Virus record (IMG/VR): IMGVR_UViG_3300021960_006627
Location: 1-64,000 of that record
DNA length: 64,000 nt
Direction: 5' to 3' (one strand)
Origin: a virus
In this document: positions 59,148 through 64,000 of the stretch, one piece after another
How the letters are laid out: the number at the start of each line of letters is the position of its first letter
How positions within the stretch are numbered: the stretch's first letter is position 1
The notes under the pieces: model-generated
Told to the model about the DNA's origin: nothing
What the model saw: only the letters and a program-made list of their open reading frames with translations
The model's database searches: none
Position numbers and translations under genes: made by a program

Positions 59148-59152
59148 TAGAA

Positions 59153-59180
59153 TGGTGGGGGCTCACGCTCCCACTATTTT
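59153..59180. terminator. Terminator between convergent genes
   Basis: GTGGGGGC-TCAC-GCTCCCAC followed by TATTTT. Confidence 0.65.
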
Positions 59181-59497
59181 GCTTTAAACAATTTAATTTT
59201 ATCTGAGTGTTTGCCATCTGAATACTCTAGCCAATCTTCCATTGGTTCTTTTTCTTCAGTAATATTTGGCCAAAGATTAGAAAAATATTCATTGTGCTTG
59301 TACCATTTATCATCAACATCATCGGTTTGATAAATTGCTTTTTCAGGACACTCAGGAATACATACTCCGCAATCAATACATTCGTCTGGATTAATTACTA
59401 GCATGTTGGGACCTTCATAAAAACAATCAACTGGACAAACACTTACGCAAGTAGTGTGTTTGCAATTAATACATTTGTCATCTACTAAATGTGCCAT
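59174..59497 (-). CDS. fdxA: Dicluster ferredoxin (FdxA-type)
   Basis: [17 protein letters not shown]...[12 protein letters not shown]. Confidence 0.9.
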   Translation of the reverse strand: MAHLVDDKCINCKHTTCVSVCPVDCFYEGPNMLVINPDECIDCGVCIPECPEKAIYQTDDVDDKWYKHNEYFSNLWPNITEEKEPMEDWLEYSDGKHSDKIKLFKAK

Positions 59498-59506
59498 ATT
59501 ATACTC

Positions 59507-59908
59507 CTAAGCGTTTGCTATTCTTATTATTCTACTAATTAGTTGTCCCAAGCCATTCTGCCTCTGCAGAGTAAGCAGTTCCTTGATTCCCAGTTGTTCA
59601 AAGTCATCAACAGTAAGGTGTGCTACCTCGCTTTTGTGACAACCATTTACTATGTCCGTCACTACCTTGGCAGTTCCCTTTGTTATGAAAGCATCACCAT
59701 CTGCACGATAACGCATCAAGTTATCATTGTCCGCACCGCCTATGATCCATAACTTTGAGGCACAGCCGTGTATTCTGTTTTGTTCTGTCTTGGCTTCTTC
59801 TGGTAGGGGTTCCACTTCGCGTGCCTTATCCACCAAATATTGTAGCCTGTCATGCCCTTCAAGCAACTTAAGATCCTCACCAGCCTCTCTAATTCTGTCC
59901 AAGATCAT
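59507..59908 (-). CDS. sufE: SufE-family Fe-S sulfur-transfer protein
   Basis: NRIHGCASKLW, DAFITKG, LTLQRQNGL. Confidence 0.85.
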   Translation of the reverse strand: MILDRIREAGEDLKLLEGHDRLQYLVDKAREVEPLPEEAKTEQNRIHGCASKLWIIGGADNDNLMRYRADGDAFITKGTAKVVTDIVNGCHKSEVAHLTVDDFEQLGIKELLTLQRQNGLGQLISRIIRIANA

Positions 59909-60153
59909 ACTCCTACCCAATTCCATACTCCTCTTACAGCAAGAAGCAAGTACATTAATTCCATTAACGCCCTCGGAACGTCTTTATCTTTTATTCCCAT
60001 CCATATCCATATGCTACAGGATGCCAACGCAACTGCCCATCCAAGCCACTGCACATTGGGATTACCTCCACTCAGTGTGAATGCACTGACCATTGCCAGT
60101 ATGAATCCCAACCATCTCCAACCATCTATCTTATTATAATATCTTATTTTCAA
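59905..60153 (-). CDS. Small membrane protein
   Basis: Three hydrophobic segments. Confidence 0.55.
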   Translation of the reverse strand: MKIRYYNKIDGWRWLGFILAMVSAFTLSGGNPNVQWLGWAVALASCSIWIWMGIKDKDVPRALMELMYLLLAVRGVWNWVGV

Positions 60154-61068
60154 CTATAACCTTGCCAGTTTAATTAACACTGCGGCAAGATTTATTTCAG
60201 GATCAGCAACCAATGTGTGATCCACGAGTCCCTGTTTAATAATCAAGACAGCCGTGTCCTGTTTTTCTTCTTCACCAAAAATTTCTAAATTGTCATACAG
60301 CCAACGATACACTTCTTCCATTTCTTCTGCTTTTAGTTTTCCGCAAAGCAATTGTCTTGCTTCTGTAATCTTGCCTGCCTTAAACAATTCAACCATGTCA
60401 AATTTCCAATCAGCAGCACCCTCATCGCCCTTGCTTGGAGCATGTAGTTTGCCATCACTGACATTCTGTTGCACCATGTTGATGCATTTTCTCAAATCCG
60501 GATATGTTGCTTTTACGTACAGATCAAGTGTTTCAAGATCAACATCTACTTTTTCTTCTACGAGGATTGTTGCTACTCTTGCCGTAAATTCTGTCTGGTC
60601 AATTCGTTCAATGTGATAGCCCTGGCATCTTGAATGCAGTGCAGGAATAATTCTGTTAGGGTAGTTACAGGTTAAAATAAAACGTGCCGTGTTATGATAC
60701 TCTTCCATAACACCACGCAGTGCTGCCTGTGCGTTTGGACTCAAGTAATCAGCCTCATCAAGTAGCACAACCTTGAATGGACCAAATGGAATCATCTGCA
60801 CAAAGTTTGTGATCTTGTCACGAACAGCATCCACACTGTTTGTTCGACTTGCATTAATCTCTAGCACATCATAGTCGGGTATCTCAAGTTCGTTAATAAG
60901 AATCTTAGCCATTGTGGTCTTACCAATTCCTGCTGCACCACTAAACAATAAATGTGGAATTGATTTTTCTTTGATCCAACTTTGCGCTTGTTTTCGTTGA
61001 TTGTCATCTCTGAAAACATAGCCATCTAGTGACTTGGGACGATATTTTTCAACCCATAATTCTTTCAT
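60154..61068 (-). CDS. Clamp loader ATPase subunit (RFC/gp44-like)
   Basis: WVEKYRP, GAAGIGKT, LDEAD, SRC. Confidence 0.93.
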   Translation of the reverse strand: MKELWVEKYRPKSLDGYVFRDDNQRKQAQSWIKEKSIPHLLFSGAAGIGKTTMAKILINELEIPDYDVLEINASRTNSVDAVRDKITNFVQMIPFGPFKVVLLDEADYLSPNAQAALRGVMEEYHNTARFILTCNYPNRIIPALHSRCQGYHIERIDQTEFTARVATILVEEKVDVDLETLDLYVKATYPDLRKCINMVQQNVSDGKLHAPSKGDEGAADWKFDMVELFKAGKITEARQLLCGKLKAEEMEEVYRWLYDNLEIFGEEEKQDTAVLIIKQGLVDHTLVADPEINLAAVLIKLARL

Positions 61069-61244
61069 TACATTCTCACTCTATTTGATGTTTCTGATGC
61101 AAAGGCCATTAGTATCATAGACACATATAATATAGGCCATGCCCAGCCTGTTAGGTGTCCTAGGATGTGTAATACCATAAGTGAAATGCCTGCTGCACCC
61201 ATAGTTGTTATTCCTGTTTTTTGTAATCCATCTGGTAGTTTCAT
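61068..61244 (-). CDS. Small membrane protein (58 aa; not in ORF track)
   Basis: MKLPDGLQKTG..., two TM segments; TAATG coupling. Confidence 0.5.
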   Translation of the reverse strand: MKLPDGLQKTGITTMGAAGISLMVLHILGHLTGWAWPILYVSMILMAFASETSNRVRM

Positions 61245-61247
61245 GTT

Positions 61248-61658
61248 TTATCCTTTATCCTTTATCCTTTTTCTTAAGCCGCTTGTGCTGAAAGAGTGTT
61301 TCCTACTATTATAGTATATTTTTATCCCCTTGTCAAGACATAATTGCTTGCCCGTATAATCTTTGGACTTGTATTCCTCTCCAATAAAACGCACATCAAT
61401 TTTATATGTTAGAAATATGTCCAAAAGGTCCTGTTCAGTGGCATAGGGAATAATTTCATCAATATACTTGCAGCCTTCCAATTGCACGTATCTTTCAAAT
61501 ACACTTTGGATGGGTTTGTTCTTTTCGGGTCTATCAATTGTGGGATCAGTTTGTAGTCCTACAATCATATAATCACAGTTTGATCTTGCTTCTTTTAACA
61601 TTGCCACGTGTCCGCTGTGGAACAAATCAAATGCTGATGCCGTGAATCCTACTTTCAC
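61248..61658 (-). CDS. Glycerol-3-phosphate cytidylyltransferase-like (TagD family)
   Basis: AFDLFHSGH, ERY, FSTS. Confidence 0.85.
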   Translation of the reverse strand: MKVGFTASAFDLFHSGHVAMLKEARSNCDYMIVGLQTDPTIDRPEKNKPIQSVFERYVQLEGCKYIDEIIPYATEQDLLDIFLTYKIDVRFIGEEYKSKDYTGKQLCLDKGIKIYYNSRKHSFSTSGLRKRIKDKG

Positions 61659-61831
61659 GAAACACCTCCGGGTGGCGTTAGATCAGGAGTAATGCAGTGT
61701 AGTGCAACATATCCTGGGTAGAAATTATTTGCTGTGGCAATGCCTTGATCACAGTTTTCAAATTCACCTACCACAATGGGATTGCCATTGTAGGCTGCGA
61801 TCATCCATACATATACTATAAATGATTTCAA
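61655..61831 (-). CDS. Small hypothetical protein (58 aa; not in ORF track)
   Basis: TTG start after AAGGAG; two Cys; overlaps both neighbours by 4 nt. Confidence 0.5.
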   Translation of the reverse strand: MKSFIVYVWMIAAYNGNPIVVGEFENCDQGIATANNFYPGYVALHCITPDLTPPGGVS

Positions 61832-62154
61832 AACTTTCTCCTTCCGTCAAACACACAAACAAAATATAATTCTTCGTTACCTGCATGAACACGATGAAAC
61901 ACACCGTCCTCGATTAATACAGTATCACCCGCTTCAACATTGTGTGTAACATCATCAAGTTCCATGGTTCCACTGCCTTCTAAAAACATATAGACCTCTT
62001 CTTGCCCTTCGTGCTTGTGTCCGCTTGTGCTTTTGCGTGGATTTAATCTTGTGCTACTCACAACAAGATTTTTTAGTGTTGTATTATCTTTTACAATATA
62101 GCGGTCGTCATTCTTAACAACTACGCCTTCTATACTTGAACTTTTAAATTTCAT
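61828..62154 (-). CDS. Cupin domain protein
   Basis: HKHEGQEEVY..G.G, GDTVLI..GVFHRV. Confidence 0.8.
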   Translation of the reverse strand: MKFKSSSIEGVVVKNDDRYIVKDNTTLKNLVVSSTRLNPRKSTSGHKHEGQEEVYMFLEGSGTMELDDVTHNVEAGDTVLIEDGVFHRVHAGNEELYFVCVFDGRRKF

Positions 62155-62564
62155 TGTCTCTCCCAAGTGCTGTCTGCTGTGAGTTTAAAACTGCCCTTGC
62201 AATCCCAAGAAACTCTTTCCGGTTCTATTATGCTTAGGAACAGTTTATCATCATAACCAACGTATAGATGATATGTCTTACCCACGACAGGAATAAAAGC
62301 ATACTTTGCATTATACACTAGTTCAGTGTCGTTTGCAAGTTCTACCAGTTCAAAATATTGCCGTTTTAGATCTTCAAAACGTGTTTCCAAAAGATGCGTG
62401 GCATTGACTCCTCGTTCATTCTTGTGTTTAAGCACGTCAGGAATGGTAAATGCAGGAGCACCAACATTCGTAGGATATGGTAGTGAGTTTGGATTATCCA
62501 CTACATTATCTGGCTTCTTCTTAGAGATCTCCGTCCTTCCTATTTTCGCTGTAATGCACATCAA
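62151..62564 (-). CDS. DUF2452-like protein (start uncertain)
   Basis: LPYPTNVGAP, YNAKYAFIPVVGKTYHLY, FLSIIEP. Confidence 0.6.
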   Translation of the reverse strand: MMCITAKIGRTEISKKKPDNVVDNPNSLPYPTNVGAPAFTIPDVLKHKNERGVNATHLLETRFEDLKRQYFELVELANDTELVYNAKYAFIPVVGKTYHLYVGYDDKLFLSIIEPERVSWDCKGSFKLTADSTWERQ

Positions 62565-62964
62565 ACTCTCCGCCTGGATATCGTGCCTTGAGTTTCTCCA
62601 CGTTTTCCTCCACTACTTCGTTAGGGTCAAGATCCAATGCTCTGCAAGTATTAACCCAATACCAAAGAATATCGCCCAGTTCTCGTTTAAGGTGAAAGCG
62701 AACATCCTCGTTCCAAGGTTTGCCTTGGAATATAACCTTTTTAATAATTTCATTTAGTTCTCCAGTTTCTGAACTCAAACCGATGCCACCCGTAAGCAGT
62801 AATGAAACATTGCACGGTGCTTCGTCCTGCACTTCTGCTTCTGTTTTGTGTGCATAGCCACTTAGATATCCCAAGCGTCCATACAAGCGATTTGGATCAT
62901 TTGATTCGTCAGATGTAACCTTTTCTACGAATTCCTTGTATTTGTTTAGATCAATGTTAGACAA
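62521..62964 (-). CDS. mazG: MazG-like NTP pyrophosphohydrolase
   Basis: SETGELNEIIKK, RELGDILWY, NVEKLKARYP. Confidence 0.85.
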   Translation of the reverse strand: MSNIDLNKYKEFVEKVTSDESNDPNRLYGRLGYLSGYAHKTEAEVQDEAPCNVSLLLTGGIGLSSETGELNEIIKKVIFQGKPWNEDVRFHLKRELGDILWYWVNTCRALDLDPNEVVEENVEKLKARYPGGEFDVHYSENRKDGDL

Positions 62965-62988
62965 TTTAAACTCCTCTAATTTACATAT

Positions 62989-63017
62989 ATTATATACTAT
63001 CTGTTAATACATGTCAA
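62989..63017 (-). promoter_or_regulatory. Consensus sigma70 promoter
   Basis: TTGACA-17 nt-TATAAT upstream of mazG operon. Confidence 0.8.
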
Positions 63018-63067
63018 GAGTTCTGGTAAATATTTTTATAACAATCGTTATGCAAAAGGAGAATCCC

Positions 63068-63256
63068 ATGATTAGAAATCTTAACGTAAACCTCGAAGTA
63101 GGGCAAGAAATCCTTGTTGGCAAGAACAATAGCAAGGCTAAGATTACCAAAATTGAATTCCATCCAAAGTCAGGGGAGGTATCCATAAACACCACACGTG
63201 GGCCGAGAAAGGCATTGACCTTTAGGCTGTGTCCAGATAAAGCACTCAGTTATTAA
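63068..63256 (+). CDS. Small basic beta-rich hypothetical protein
   Basis: AAGGAG RBS; TAAATA at 63027-63032. Confidence 0.55.
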   Translation: MIRNLNVNLEVGQEILVGKNNSKAKITKIEFHPKSGEVSINTTRGPRKALTFRLCPDKALSY

Positions 63257-63282
63257 CTGCTAGTTTATATCTAAATACTATT

Positions 63283-63519
63283 ATGAAATGGTTCATAATA
63301 GTGTTAATGATGGGAACCTATCCCGACGGCAGCAAGGATGTATTCTGGTATCAGCAACCTAAGTTTGATACCGTGGAAGAATGCAAACTTTATGTTGGCT
63401 ACAATGCTGGTTCAATCAAACGAGATATGCAGATAGAGTTTCAACTAAAACCAGTAGAAATGGTCTATTGTGTTCGTGAAGATAAACTTGATGTTTTTGG
63501 AGTTCCTACAGCAATCTAG
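63283..63519 (+). CDS. Small hypothetical protein
   Basis: TAAATA 5 nt before ATG; hydrophobic N-terminus, two Cys. Confidence 0.55.
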   Translation: MKWFIIVLMMGTYPDGSKDVFWYQQPKFDTVEECKLYVGYNAGSIKRDMQIEFQLKPVEMVYCVREDKLDVFGVPTAI

Positions 63520-63908
63520 TTATTGACAAACATTCCAGGGTCGAATGTTGCCTGAGAACCGTCACTGTATTCTTTACCGAAGTATGCAAGATCCGACGGT
63601 GCTTCGTTTTGCCATGCAATAATAGATTCAACTTCCACTTTTTGTAAATCTATCTTTTTGCCCTGCTCGTCTTCTATGTCAATTTTTCTGGTCCATCGAC
63701 CATGCTCGATTAAAATCCAGTCACCCACATTGTATGGATCAGTATTCTCAGGTCCTTTTGCATATACCTGAGCCCATCTTGGTTTTACACCATGTGCCTT
63801 TGCATCATCCGATTGAATGATGATACCGCCTGCTGTTTTAGTTTCTCCGAAGTGCATATTTGTAACTAAAACATCCGCATGAATTGGTCTGATCTTTCCT
63901 TTAATCAT
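63516..63908 (-). CDS. groES: GroES-like co-chaperonin
   Basis: IRPIHADVLV, KTAGGIII, V.AKGP, VGDWIL. Confidence 0.75.
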   Translation of the reverse strand: MIKGKIRPIHADVLVTNMHFGETKTAGGIIIQSDDAKAHGVKPRWAQVYAKGPENTDPYNVGDWILIEHGRWTRKIDIEDEQGKKIDLQKVEVESIIAWQNEAPSDLAYFGKEYSDGSQATFDPGMFVNN

Positions 63909-64000
63909 GTTCTACCTTTCTAAGTATTTTTCTTTGATCTGCTTACTATTTCTTCTTTTACTGCTCTAGGATTGCGCTTATAGTAATCTGCTAAAACTTC

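Noticed and set aside
1-64000. Stop-codon reassignment, introns or inteins
   Set aside because: Standard code gives full-length, tightly coupled genes ending in TAA, TAG and TGA; polymerase, ClpA, RFC and PhoH have normal lengths.
1-64000. Impression of frequent GATC and patchy GC content
   Set aside because: Not quantifiable by eye; needs k-mer and sliding-window GC computation before any claim.

Overview
A 64-kb segment of a large, AT-rich, T4-like (jumbo myovirus-type) dsDNA phage with a Gram-negative host (spanins present). No rRNA, tRNA, CRISPR array or transposase was recognised. On the + strand, 1-14.3 kb holds baseplate and tail-fibre genes, and 14.4-26.0 kb holds a tightly coupled cluster of glycosyltransferase, radical SAM, SGNH and UDP-glucose dehydrogenase genes. 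The - strand (26-64 kb) carries: RNase H; a 7-deazaguanine DNA-modification neighbourhood (QueE, FolE, a QueD/DpdL-like T-fold protein, a DpdA/TGT-fold protein, an embedded GT-B glycosyltransferase, PRTase, HIT, MBD4-like glycosylase); sliding clamp and family-B DNA polymerase; an array of modular Lys/Glu-rich proteins with capsid-targeting-like N-termini; ClpA-PDF-DnaJ; a lysis cassette; ferredoxin-SufE; clamp loader; MazG; and GroES. PhoH is on the + strand within this region. There are four main leads. (1) A deazaguanine pathway with an inserted glycosyltransferase and no QueC in view, which may make a new modified base. (2) A candidate array of capsid-packaged polyproteins cut at aliphatic-x-Glu sites into small peptide or enzyme modules. 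(3) A late-gated glycan-building operon next to the tail genes, possibly for virion glycosylation. (4) A recurrent TAAATA late-promoter architecture that gives either leaderless mRNAs or removes RBS-occluding hairpins. All family calls are from motif recognition by eye; no searches were run.
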